Shown one piece after another: positions 39,601-48,860 of a stretch of DNA of 64,000 nt (its first letter is position 1; each line of letters starts with the position of its first letter). The notes beneath the pieces are model-generated. The model was given only the letters and a program-made list of their open reading frames with translations. It made no database searches and was not told where the DNA came from. Where the stretch lies: NCBI GenBank assembly GCA_965214905.1, contig OZ243984.1, positions 3,963,802-4,027,801 of the forward strand. The letters are read 5' to 3'. Origin of the DNA: an uncultured Candidatus Binatia bacterium. GTDB taxonomy: Bacteria; Desulfobacterota; Binatia; UBA9968; JAJDTQ01. A program made the position numbers and the translations under genes.

Positions 39601-40896
39601 TCAGGGGGTGAAGTATCCGCCGACAATGGCGTCGTGCCAGAGGCGGCACACCGGGGGGATGATGCCGCGCGGTAGATCATCATACGCCAAGCCCCATGTG
39701 TGGACCCCGGCGCCGAGGGAGACACAGGCGACCCTGGGTGGAGGGTCCATGGCCGCGTACAGGGATAGCGAATCCCGGCACCGTTGCAGGGTGACGGTGT
39801 CGTCATCGAGGCCGTGGAGCGAGAGCACGGGCGGGACCGGCTTGGCATCGGGGCCGGAAAGCTCCCGCAGGTAGCCGAGATAACGGGCCACGAGCCGCTC
39901 CTCATCGCCCGCTCCCATCCCGAGGCGCCGGGCGGTGACGCGGGCGGCCTGTTCCAGCGCGGCGGCGCCGTTCTTGTGCACGAAGTCCTCGGCCTTGAAA
40001 TTGGCGCGTTTCCTGCCGACCTCCCATTTCTCCATCGTGAGCTCCATCAGCATGGGCAGCCCGTAGCCCTTGTCCTTCAGCCCTTCGTAGAGATAACGGG
40101 CGGTGTCGCGCCAGGTCCGGAGACGCAGATGGTTGAAGGGGAACTCCCACCGGTCCCCGGTGACCGCGGTGTAGATGTACGCGAACGTCGATGAGCCGTA
40201 TCCCAGCACGCCGGCCACGTTGGCCACCCGTTGCGCGGTGATCATGGCGAAGGGTCCGCCGGTGGAGTGGCCGTGGACGTACAGCGCGTATTCGGATTCG
40301 GGGAACTCGCGTCGGCAGGTCTCCCGCAGCGCTTCCTCGAAGGCCGGGGGCCAAGCCGCCATGCGGTAATAGAACTCGCTTCCTTCACGAGCCACCAACG
40401 AGATGACGGTGCCGTAGCTGGCGCGGCGGGCCTCGTCCCGGGCCACCTCGTACTGGTCGGGGGTGATGCGAGTCTCCCGTGTCCACAGTGGCGTCCGGCC
40501 GGCGCCGTCGGGCTCGAGGGTGTCGCCGGGCCAGTCCCGGGACGGATCCAGCAGGTACAGGCGCCCGGGAAAGGTCATCAGCGTGACCTTGAAGCCGAAC
40601 TTCCCGGCCAGCATCCGGGCCACCGGCTCCAGGGATTTGTAGTCCGACGTGCCGCCGTGCAGCAGGAAGATGCCGGCCTGCCTTCCGTCCGGGGCCTTCG
40701 GAACCCGGACGGGATCCTCGGGCTCGTAGGTCATGGTCCCGATATCCCAGTCCATGTCCAGGGCCTGAATCCGAAAGATGTCTTCGCGGTTCCCGACCGG
40801 AAGATCGGGCAGGGCGAGGGTCTCTTGGGACAATCTGACGACTTCGGGACGGGGGATGCTGTCGGGCGGCGACCAGGCGCCGGTTGGTTCCGTCAT
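39601..40896 (-). CDS. Alpha/beta-hydrolase fold protein, function unknown
   Basis: 431 aa. Nucleophile elbow YVHGHSTGGPF (GxSxG). Sequence FLLHGGTSDYKSLEP. Protein-like composition throughout. Confidence 0.8.
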   Translation of the reverse strand: MTEPTGAWSPPDSIPRPEVVRLSQETLALPDLPVGNREDIFRIQALDMDWDIGTMTYEPEDPVRVPKAPDGRQAGIFLLHGGTSDYKSLEPVARMLAGKFGFKVTLMTFPGRLYLLDPSRDWPGDTLEPDGAGRTPLWTRETRITPDQYEVARDEARRASYGTVISLVAREGSEFYYRMAAWPPAFEEALRETCRREFPESEYALYVHGHSTGGPFAMITAQRVANVAGVLGYGSSTFAYIYTAVTGDRWEFPFNHLRLRTWRDTARYLYEGLKDKGYGLPMLMELTMEKWEVGRKRANFKAEDFVHKNGAAALEQAARVTARRLGMGAGDEERLVARYLGYLRELSGPDAKPVPPVLSLHGLDDDTVTLQRCRDSLSLYAAMDPPPRVACVSLGAGVHTWGLAYDDLPRGIIPPVCRLWHDAIVGGYFTP

Positions 40897-40954
40897 GGAA
40901 GGCCCTCCGATGGTGGCAGTGGCAGTGTCAAACGGTTCAGATGCCCAGGCGTCT

Positions 40955-40992
40955 TTTGGTCCGTAGTAATCTATTTGGTCCGTAGTAATCTA
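40955..40992. repeat. Perfect tandem duplication of a 19-bp AT-rich unit TTTGGTCCGTAGTAATCTA
   Basis: Copies at 40955-40973 and 40974-40992, in the divergent intergenic region between the hydrolase (start 40896) and the amidohydrolase (start 41281). Confidence 0.95.
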
Positions 40993-41154
40993 GCCCGGCG
41001 AGGGCGCCGGTCATGAGTGTCGCGAGGGTGTCGATCAGGCCCGCGACGGAGCCGGGGTCGAGCCGGCTCATGATACGGTCCATAGCACGAGTTGCGCGGA
41101 GAGGCGAAGAGCTCGGCCCGGTCCGCCAAGGCGTTGCCGGCGCCGGTGGTTTTC

Positions 41155-41183
41155 TTGACAATGGCCGCGGAGCAAGCTAATAC
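41155..41183 (+). promoter_or_regulatory. Sigma70-like promoter candidate TTGACA-N17-TAATAC upstream of the amidohydrolase gene
   Basis: TTGACA at 41155-41160, a 17-nt spacer and TAATAC at 41178-41183, about 95 nt upstream of ATG 41281. Pattern match only. Confidence 0.35.
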
Positions 41184-41280
41184 CCGGAACGAGCGATGCC
41201 GGCGCGCAGGCGCCGGGCAATGAGTCGTATCGAGACGGCGCCGGCTCCCTCTACAATCCGGGCCGACCAGGAGGTTTCCC

Positions 41281-42360
41281 ATGGCGAACAAATACCAGAT
41301 CATCGACGGCGACGGGCACGTGGTGGAGGACATGGAGGCCATCACCAGCCGGTTTCCGGAGGCGGTGCAACAGCAGATGCGGTGGTCGAACCCGTTTCCG
41401 CCGCTGGATCACCTGCATTCCGCCAACGCCCACAAGCTCCCGGAGGGCTCGTTCCAGCAGGTGGGCTTCGACGGCTGGGTGGAGTTCCTGGAGGACGTGG
41501 GCATCGACCGGACGGTCCTCTACCCCACCGTGGGCCTGTCCTACGGCAAGGTGGTGAGCCAGGACTGGGCGATTGATCTGGCGCGGTCCTACAATGACTG
41601 GATCGCCGAGAACTACGTGCAGAAGAGTCCGAGATTCCAGGCCGTGGCGCTGATCCCGCTGCAGGAGCCGGATGAGGCGGTGAAGGAGCTGCGCCGGGCG
41701 GTGGAGGACCTGGGAATGTGCGGCGCCATGCTGCCGTCCACGGGGATCCAGTTGCACCTGGGCCACAAATACTATTGGCCCATCTACGAGGAAGCCAACC
41801 GGCTGGGCTGCTGCCTGGGCATCCACGGCGGGGCTCACGAGAACCTGGGCATGGATGACCTGCACCCGTACGCCCCGGTCCACGCGCTGGGCCATCCCTT
41901 CGGGCAGATGATCTCCTTCGGCGGCATCGTTTTCAACGGCATCTTCGACAAGTACCCCAACGTGCGCATCGGTTTTCTGGAAGGGGGCGTGGCTTGGCTG
42001 TTGATGTGTCTGGAGCGCTTCGATCGTTCCTACGAGACCCACATCCAGCACGATCCGCGGGGCGAGTTCCTGCAGCTCGGGGAAGGCGAGAGCGTCAGCC
42101 AGTATTGCAAACGGCACATCGAGGAAGGCCGGATCTTCGTGGGCTGCGAGGGCCACGAGCCCGACTTGGCGCACGCCATCAGGATGGTCGGGAACAAGCC
42201 GTGGGTCTACTCCTCCGATTTCCCCCACGAGGTCAACAACGAGTTCTGCAAGGAAGAGTTGGGCGAGGTGATGGACAGCGAGGAGCTCACCGAAGAGGAC
42301 AAGACCGCGGTGCTGTCCCGCAACGCCGAGCGGTTCTACAACCTGCCGCAGGGCCTGTAG
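41281..42360 (+). CDS. Amidohydrolase_2 family protein (ACMSD/decarboxylase-hydratase-like metal-dependent hydrolase)
   Basis: 359 aa with an AGGAGG RBS. Sequence: IIDGDGHVVE...GIDRTVLYPT...DEAVKELRRAVEDLGMCGAMLPS...GIHGG...SDFPHE. Confidence 0.85.
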   Translation: MANKYQIIDGDGHVVEDMEAITSRFPEAVQQQMRWSNPFPPLDHLHSANAHKLPEGSFQQVGFDGWVEFLEDVGIDRTVLYPTVGLSYGKVVSQDWAIDLARSYNDWIAENYVQKSPRFQAVALIPLQEPDEAVKELRRAVEDLGMCGAMLPSTGIQLHLGHKYYWPIYEEANRLGCCLGIHGGAHENLGMDDLHPYAPVHALGHPFGQMISFGGIVFNGIFDKYPNVRIGFLEGGVAWLLMCLERFDRSYETHIQHDPRGEFLQLGEGESVSQYCKRHIEEGRIFVGCEGHEPDLAHAIRMVGNKPWVYSSDFPHEVNNEFCKEELGEVMDSEELTEEDKTAVLSRNAERFYNLPQGL

Positions 42361-42399
42361 CGGCCCGCGCGATGCCGGAGCGGAGGAGAGGTCTCGGGT

Positions 42400-42660
42400 T
42401 CATCGATTCTCGAGAATCTTCTCCAGCTCCTGTCTGTCCTTCTCCGTTATCCTGCCCCCGTCTTTGCCGCTCACGGGCTTCTCTACGGGAGGCCGGGAGA
42501 AGTCGATTCCCCTGAACCGAAAGGTCGCGAGATCCACGATCTCGTCTCGATAGAGCCATCCCAGCAACAAGACCAGAATGATGACCGGCAGCAGAAGCCA
42601 GGCGCGGCCTCGCTGCTTTCTCTTTCTGCGCGTGCTCGCGCGTTTTCTCTTGGCAGCCAT
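42400..42660 (-). CDS. Small basic membrane-anchored protein (86 aa), unknown function
   Basis: MAAKRKRASTRRKRKQRGRAWLLLPVIILVLLLGWLY..., a single TM followed by a soluble tail. It lies 42 nt downstream of the tctA-like stop on the same strand. No family recognised. Confidence 0.4.
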   Translation of the reverse strand: MAAKRKRASTRRKRKQRGRAWLLLPVIILVLLLGWLYRDEIVDLATFRFRGIDFSRPPVEKPVSGKDGGRITEKDRQELEKILENR

Positions 42661-42702
42661 CCGACGGGCGTTCTTCTCTGCTCAGGGCTCTTGTGAGGCT
42701 TG

Positions 42703-44677
42703 TCAACTCCAGCTCGACAGCAGGAGGGGCTCGGGCCACAGAACATGCAGCAACTCATCAAATACCAGATACAGGTAGCCTTCGGCCAACGCTCCCAAAA
42801 GCACGGCTACGTGCCAGCGGGCGCCGTAGACGAGCGCATAGCCGGCGGTGAACAGGGGCAGGGTCAGGTGGAAGCCGATGAGGATGATGCCGCCCACAAG
42901 CGCGGCGATCCAGAACAGGACCTCCGCGGTGCGGCGGAGGACGTCGGGGGGGCCGGCCGCGGCGACGGGGGTCCGGCGCCTTCGGATACGCAAAAGGTCC
43001 AGACCGACCTGCAGCAGCGCCAGCGGGATGCCGACCCCCGCCAGGGAGTAGACGATGAGCGCGCTCCGCAGCGGCCATTCCAGCGACAGGCTCACGGCCC
43101 AGGCCAGGAGCGCCACGAAGCACAGGGTGAACAGGCTGTTGCCGATACTCAGCCGGGGATCGTCCGCTGCTTCGGCGGAGGCATTGTCCCGCGCCTTCTC
43201 ACGCCGCTTCCGGATCGCCGGCAGCAGGAGGGTGAAGACCACCAGCGCCAGCAACAGCAGCACGGAAGGGCGCAACAGCCAGGCGAAGTCGTAGCGAGCG
43301 ATGGAGAGCCAGAGGTACGTCTCCATCTGGAAGCCCAGGACCACGGCCACGAGCACCGGCGGCCGCGGCCAGTCGAACAGCTTCATGAGGTAGCCGACCG
43401 CGGAGAAGATCAGGAACGCGTACAGATCTTCGTGGGCGTAACTGGCGGCGAACGACGCCGAGGCGCACAGCGTCAGGGTGATCGGCACGATGACGTAGAA
43501 GGGCTGCAGCGAGAGCCGGGCAAAGCTCCCGGCAAAGCCCATGGCCAGGGATGTGGCCATGAGATTGGACAGCACCAGCACCCACACCATGGCCAGCGTC
43601 AGGTGCAGTTGGTCCGTGAGCATACGGCTGCCCGGGTGGATGCCTACGGACACGAAGGCCGCCAGTATGATGGCCAGCGACGTGCTGCCCGGGATGCCGA
43701 AGGCAATGGTGGGAATCAGCGCGCCGCCCTCCTTGGCGTTGTTGGAGCTTTCGGGCGCGATGACGCCGCGCACGTCGCCGGTGCCGAAGCGCTCGCTCTG
43801 TTTCTCGGTCTGGACCGCGTGGGCGTAGGCGAACCAGTCGGCGACGCTGCTGCCGAGGCCCGGAAGCACGCCCACCCACACGCCGATGGCGCTGCAACGC
43901 ACCACCAGCCACCAGTGGCGGAACACGTCCTTGATGCCTTCGACGAGGCCGCTGCCCAACTCCTCGGTCTCGGAGATGCTGCTGCGGCGCACCGCGAGGT
44001 CGATGAGCTCGGGCACGGCGAAGAGGCCGAGGCCGATGAGGATGACGTTGACCCCGTCCCACAGGTACGCGGTGTCCATGGAGAACCGTTCGATGGCGGT
44101 CTTCTCGTCCACCCCCACGGTGGCGATGAGGAGACCGAGGATCGCCGCCAGAAGCCCCTTCACCGGCGCCCTGCCGCTGAGGACGCCGATGGCGCTCAAG
44201 CCCCACAACACCAGGACGAAGAACTCCGGGGAGCCGAAGCTCAGCACCAGCGGGCGCAGGATCGGAAGGGATGCCAGCAGAACGATGGCCCCCAGTACGC
44301 CCCCTAGGGCGGAGGCCATGAACGCGGCGCCGAAGGCGCGCTTTGCCTCGCCCTTGCGGGCCATGGGATAGCCGTCCAGGATCGTGGCCTGGGACCCCGC
44401 GCTGCCGGGCACGGCGATAAGCACCGAGGGAAAGGTGTTGGCCGTGTTGGACACCGCGCCCATGCCCAGCAGGAAGGCGACGGCGTGGTAGGGGCTCATG
44501 GTCAGGCTGAAGGGAAGGACGACGGTGAGGATGAGCAGCACGCCGACGCCGGGGAGCGCCGCGAAAACGCTGCTCAGCAGGACGCCCCCCCACCATCAAC
44601 AGCATGGCCTGAGGCTCCAGGATGCCCAGAAGGCCTTGATACGCGGCCTCAAGCATCACGGCATCCGGAGCAGTCAT
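42703..44677 (-). CDS. tctA: Tripartite tricarboxylate transporter large subunit TctA with a C-terminal TctB-like extension; reading frame broken by a 1-nt insertion in a G7 run (44585-44591)
   Basis: The N-terminus (MTAPDAV)MLEAAYQGLLGILEPQAMLLMVGG lies in the frame of ORF 43199..44758. Removing one G gives ...MVGGVLLSSVFAALPGVGVLLILTVVLPFSLTMSPYH, which continues in ORF 42703..44541. TctA hallmarks: SAGSQATILDGYPMARKGEA. The last 150 aa or so are four extra TM helices (TctB-like). Confidence 0.8.
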
Positions 44678-44853
44678 GCGGCCCGCCGGAGCCCGTTGGA
44701 AGGGGCGCCGGCGGACGGCTGGATTCCGAGAGCCTATGGGATTCCGCCACGCTTCCAAGTAACTGCAGAATTTTTGGGCAGTTACTGCGACTGGCGTTGA
44801 GCCGTGAGGCCCTTGACATGCTCAGAACAACCGAGGACAACGCGTTCCCGTCC

Positions 44854-44890
44854 GTTCGTCCTGAGCGTAGCGGAGCGAAGTCGAAGGACG
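44854..44890. repeat. REP-like dispersed element (reverse copy of the CCTTCGACTTCGCT.CGCT motif also found at 48530-48550)
   Basis: GTTCGTCCTGAGCGTAGCGGAGCGAAGTCGAAGGACG. Its reverse complement shares CCTTCGACTTCGCT(C/T)CGCT with 48530-48550. It sits in the tctC-tctA spacer next to a second hairpin, GTAACTGC-N11-GCAGTTAC (44759-44785). Confidence 0.7.
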
Positions 44891-44898
44891 CCAATGGA

Positions 44899-45954
44899 TC
44901 AGCGCTCGGGAACGCCGTACTTCTTGCGCAGCTTCGACGCGTAGTCGAGGGCTTCCTTGGGCGCATCCACGATCTGCACGATGCGCTTCTCCAGCGTTTG
45001 GCCGGTCATGGAGGTCAGGTCGATGCTGAACTGCTTGCGCGCGATCTTGAGGAACTCGGGATCATGGACGGCCTTCTCGAAGGCTTCGCGATAGGCCTCG
45101 ACGTACTCCGGCGGGGTCTTCGGGGGCAGCGTCTGCCACTTGTCCACGGTGGAGGGCCCCATCCATGACTCGTAGCCCGCCATGGCCAGCTTGCCGATGT
45201 TCTTCTCCGCCATCAACTCCGGGAAGATGGCGACGTCCTTGAACGACGAGCGCGGCGAGTAGCCTTGGGCGTCGCGCGTCCCTTCCTGCGCGATGAGATC
45301 GATCACGCCCGCTTCCTTGAGCTCGTTGATGATGTAGGCGTTCTGCGTGCCCAGGATGTCTATCTCTCCCTGGCTGATGGCCTTGACCAGCGCGCCGGTG
45401 CCCGGGTAGCCCACGATCCACTTGAGGTTCCATCCCAGGAACTCCGCGCCCCAGACGTTCATGGCCTGCCACGCCCGCGCGCCGCTGGTGCCGCCGACGT
45501 TGACCTTGGCCGCGTTCTTGTCGGTCAACCGCTTGTGGGCGTCCTTGCGAACGAACAGCACGCTGCCGCCGCGATGGACGCCGCCGATGGGAATGAACTT
45601 GCGCGGGTCGTACTTGATGACCTTCCTGCGCAGGATGTGGGGTTGCAGCGGGCTCGAGTCGGTATTCATGAAGGTCAGGCCGTCCGGCTCGATGCGGTTG
45701 GCGAGATAGTTGGCCGCCTTGATCTTGCCGCCGCCGGCGCCCATGTACTGGTAGACGAAGCGCGGGTTTCCAGGCAGGTACTTCTTCATGAAACGGTTGA
45801 TGAGCCGGCCGGCGAGGTCGGTGCCGCCTCCGGCATTGGAGGCGACGATCACTCTCACGGTCGTGTCCTCGAAGGATACGTCGGCCAGAGCCGGCGACGC
45901 CGCCAGCGCCCACAGACCGCACGCCAGGATCACCCCTGAAAGAATGCGCGTCAT
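44899..45954 (-). CDS. tctC: Tripartite tricarboxylate transporter substrate-binding protein (Bug/TctC family)
   Basis: Start at ATG 45954 (MTRILSGVILACGLWALAASPALA signal peptide). Sequence: VRVIVASNAGGGTDLAGRLINRFMKKYLPGNPRFVYQYMGAGGG. 351 aa. Confidence 0.85.
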   Translation of the reverse strand: MTRILSGVILACGLWALAASPALADVSFEDTTVRVIVASNAGGGTDLAGRLINRFMKKYLPGNPRFVYQYMGAGGGKIKAANYLANRIEPDGLTFMNTDSSPLQPHILRRKVIKYDPRKFIPIGGVHRGGSVLFVRKDAHKRLTDKNAAKVNVGGTSGARAWQAMNVWGAEFLGWNLKWIVGYPGTGALVKAISQGEIDILGTQNAYIINELKEAGVIDLIAQEGTRDAQGYSPRSSFKDVAIFPELMAEKNIGKLAMAGYESWMGPSTVDKWQTLPPKTPPEYVEAYREAFEKAVHDPEFLKIARKQFSIDLTSMTGQTLEKRIVQIVDAPKEALDYASKLRKKYGVPER

Positions 45955-46025
45955 GTTACTTCTCCTTCCGTAACCGGTGTACTGCCCTCGTCGAGGGCGG
46001 GCCGCTCCCGCTCCCCGGTGATCCG

Positions 46026-46829
46026 TCAGCTTTCGCTGATATCGATCATCACCCCGTCCGGATCCGCGAGTTGATATTCGCCGAACTTGCACTTGGCGAA
46101 CAGATCGAGACGCGCTTCCGCCTCCGGACCCGCGCCCACCGGACCGGGACTCAGGTAGGGATTGCGCTTGGACAGCGCTTCGAGCCTGTCCTTGACCGCC
46201 TGCACGCTCTCCACCTTGAAGCCGATGTGGTCCAGTGCCGGACGCTCGATGCCGGTGCCCGCGTAGTCGGAGATCTTCCAGGGCGCGATGACCAGAGTCA
46301 CCCGTCCGTCGGTCAGATAGGTATTGGGATCGTCGGCGGGTTTCTCCGTCTCCAGCAGGTCGAAGACGTCCCGATAGAACCCGGCGACCCGCTCCGGCTC
46401 CACCGCGCGCAGCACGAAGTGCTTGACGTGCCGCTCGGCTTGCCGGTCGCCGTCCACGTACACGTCGGTACGGTTCTCCATCCCTTCCTGGGAAAGGTCG
46501 AAGACGTTTCCCGCGGGATCATGGGTGCTCAGGCCGGCGAAAGGACGGTTGCTCGGCCGTTTCAGGATGTGCACCTCCGGGTACTTCTCGCGCATGCGGG
46601 CGGCTACGGCCTCGACGTCGTCCACCTCGAAGCCGAAATGGTCGAACCCTCCCTGGCGTCCGGGCCGGCGCGGATTGATGTTGATGCCCACGTAGCCGTC
46701 GCTCACCACCGATGCGCTTTCGATGCGGGCGCGCTCCGCGGTCTTCATGCCGAAGACGGCCTGATAGAACTTCTCCTCGATGGCGTAGTTCTCGCTGACG
46801 ATGGCCAGGTGTTTGATCTTCGTACTCAT
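46026..46829 (-). CDS. Two-domain VOC (glyoxalase/bleomycin-resistance/dioxygenase) family protein
   Basis: Start at ATG 46829 with a GGGAGGGAG RBS. MSTKIKHLAIVSENYAIEEKFYQAVFGM...FDHFGFEVDD...VKHFVLRAVEPERVAGFYRDVF...LDHIGFKVES. Confidence 0.8.
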   Translation of the reverse strand: MSTKIKHLAIVSENYAIEEKFYQAVFGMKTAERARIESASVVSDGYVGININPRRPGRQGGFDHFGFEVDDVEAVAARMREKYPEVHILKRPSNRPFAGLSTHDPAGNVFDLSQEGMENRTDVYVDGDRQAERHVKHFVLRAVEPERVAGFYRDVFDLLETEKPADDPNTYLTDGRVTLVIAPWKISDYAGTGIERPALDHIGFKVESVQAVKDRLEALSKRNPYLSPGPVGAGPEAEARLDLFAKCKFGEYQLADPDGVMIDISES

Positions 46830-47024
46830 GGCTGCTCCCTCCCTTTCATGCGGCTGGTGTTTTTCGGGGGTCTCAAACCGAAGTGGGTGAACCACAATGC
46901 GCAGAAATTCCCGTCTTGGGCAGGCGCGTCGACCGTAGCGGCAGGTCCCGAACCCGCCGCGTGGTTTCGGCCGGGCAGGACCGTCGCAGGGTCCGTTTTC
47001 AAACCCGCCCGCGTCCGTATCACG

Positions 47025-47960
47025 TTAACCCGCCCGCAGGACCAGTTTGCCCCTGGTATGCCCCGTCTTGCTCGCCTCGTGTGCCTTGCGCACTTCCTCC
47101 AGCGCAAACGTCGTATCGACGTGCACCCGAAGCCGCCCCTCGTTGCACAGGCCGGCAATGGCGCGGAGTTGCTCCGGGTCGGCGTGGACGGATACGTGCT
47201 GCGCCCGCACCCCCCGCGCCGCGGCCTTGTCCTGGTCGGGTCGGCCGCGAATAGAGACGAGTGCGCCGCCGCGCTTGAGCGTACCCCAGGACCGTTCCTG
47301 GCTCTCGCCGCCGACGCCGTCCAGCAACACGTCCATGTCTCCGGCGACGTCCTCGAAGCGGACCTCATGGTAATCGATGACGCGGTCGGCGCCCAGTTCG
47401 CGCAGGAACGCCTCGTTGCGGGCCGATGCCGTGCCAGTGACGTGGGCGCCTTTCCATTTGGCGAGCTGGACCGCAACGTGACCCACGCCGCCGGCCGCCG
47501 CGTGAATCAGCACCGTCTGGCCGGGCTGAAGGTCCGCGGTGTCGAACAGGGCCTGCCACGCGGTCAAGGCCGCCAGCGGCAGCCCGGCGGCCTGCGGATC
47601 ATCCATGGTGTGGGGTTTGGCTACGAGGTCCGCGGCCGGCGCGGCGACGTATTCGGCGTAACCGCCGCCTCCCCAGTGCCAGCGCACCATTCCGCAGACC
47701 GCATCGCCGACCTTGAAGTCGGAGACGCCGGCGCCCAGCGCTTCGACCACTCCCGATACGTCCCACCCCGGGATGAACGGAAACGGATCCTCCAGCCGCT
47801 GGGCGACTCCCTCGCCCGCGCAGGTCTTCCAGTCCACGGGGTTGATGCCGGCGGCGTGGATCCGCACCAGCACCTCGCCTTGCTGGGGTTCGGGTGTCGG
47901 CGCCTCCTCGACCTTCAGGCTGTCGAGACCGCCAAACTCGTGTATCCGCACGGCTTTCAT
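47025..47960 (-). CDS. NADPH:quinone oxidoreductase / zeta-crystallin-like medium-chain dehydrogenase
   Basis: MKAVRIHEFGGLDSLKVEEAPTPEPQQGEVLVRIHAAGINPVDWK...VLIHAAAGGVGHVAVQLAK. 311 aa. Confidence 0.85.
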   Translation of the reverse strand: MKAVRIHEFGGLDSLKVEEAPTPEPQQGEVLVRIHAAGINPVDWKTCAGEGVAQRLEDPFPFIPGWDVSGVVEALGAGVSDFKVGDAVCGMVRWHWGGGGYAEYVAAPAADLVAKPHTMDDPQAAGLPLAALTAWQALFDTADLQPGQTVLIHAAAGGVGHVAVQLAKWKGAHVTGTASARNEAFLRELGADRVIDYHEVRFEDVAGDMDVLLDGVGGESQERSWGTLKRGGALVSIRGRPDQDKAAARGVRAQHVSVHADPEQLRAIAGLCNEGRLRVHVDTTFALEEVRKAHEASKTGHTRGKLVLRAG

Positions 47961-48017
47961 GAGGATTGCCTATCCTATCGAGAACGTCGTTGGCAACAGG
48001 AATTTCCCGCAGCCGCC

Positions 48018-48479
48018 CTATGAGCCTTCGCCCTCCGCGTCCCAATCGAACATGCGCCGCCGGCGCCGGGCGTTGAAATTCATGACCTCCAGCAGCAGGC
48101 CGTCGGGATCGGAGAAGAAAGTCGCATAATAATCGGCGGAGTACTGGGTGTAGGCCCGCGGCGCGGATGCCTCGATACCGGCCGCGCGAAGCTCCTTGCA
48201 GGCTCGCTCCACGGCCTGCTCGTCCACCACGCGAAAGCACAGGTGGGACGGGGACCCCGGGCCGGCGCCCGTCTCCGCCGGCGTGCCCGGGTCGTCCCGG
48301 AGCACGACCCAGTAGCTCAGGTGCCGGTTGTCGTAACGCGCTCGCGGCGACACTCTGTCCGACACGGCGCCCTTCCGGAAACCCAGGATCGGCATGACCT
48401 TGTCGTAGAAGGATTCGGCTTCGACAAGATCCCGGACGGGGATGAACAGGTGATCGATACAGATGACTTCAACGGGCAT
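48018..48479 (-). CDS. VOC/glyoxalase family protein (single domain pair, 153 aa)
   Basis: VICIDHLFIPVRDLVEAESFYDKVMPILGF...SHLCFRVVDEQAVERACKELRAAGIE...ATFFSDPDGLLLEVM. Confidence 0.8.
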   Translation of the reverse strand: MPVEVICIDHLFIPVRDLVEAESFYDKVMPILGFRKGAVSDRVSPRARYDNRHLSYWVVLRDDPGTPAETGAGPGSPSHLCFRVVDEQAVERACKELRAAGIEASAPRAYTQYSADYYATFFSDPDGLLLEVMNFNARRRRRMFDWDAEGEGS

Positions 48480-48526
48480 GGCGGTTCCTTCTCCGGGCTT
48501 CGACGTTTCCAGGTAGCTGCGAGCAT

Positions 48527-48775
48527 GCGCCCTTCGACTTCGCTTCGCTGTCCTGGGCCGCCCTCCGACTCTCTCTCCCTCTGGGAGAGGGTTGGGGTGA
48601 GGGTCCCCGGAGCAAGCGCCTCGTTGGGTACGGCGAGAAGTGGAGGGGCAGGGCTATGGGGAGGCCCGCCCTCACCCGGCCTTCGGCCACCCTCTCCCAG
48701 AGGGAGAGGGGTTGGATTCGGGACGGGTCATGCCGGCCTTCGGCCACCCTCTCCCGGAGGGAGAGGGGTTGGATG
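48527..48775. repeat. Cluster of REP-like palindromic elements: one CCTTCGACTTCGCTTCGCT unit plus three CCCTCTCCC-NNN-GGGAGAGGG hairpins, two of them inside a direct repeat of about 45 bp
   Basis: Hairpins at about 48575-48595, 48690-48710 and 48739-48759. GCCGGCCTTCGGCCACCCTCTCCC(A/G)GAGGGAGAGGGGTTGGAT(T/G)CGG occurs twice (about 48677-48722 and 48723-48771). The region is an intergenic gap between two minus-strand operons. Confidence 0.85.
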
Positions 48776-48860
48776 CGGCCTTTTCATGCTTCCGGGGCGG
48801 CCCGGGCGGGGCCATGAGCGTTCATTGCCATCAGGCTCGCCCTGCCGGGTAGGACCGACC

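Noticed and set aside
42700-44758. ORFs 42700..44307 (+, 535 aa) and most of 43199..44758 (-, 519 aa)
   Set aside because: They are shadow or out-of-frame readings of tctA. Only the first 30 codons or so of the latter (MLEAAYQGLLG...) belong to the real gene, upstream of the frameshift.
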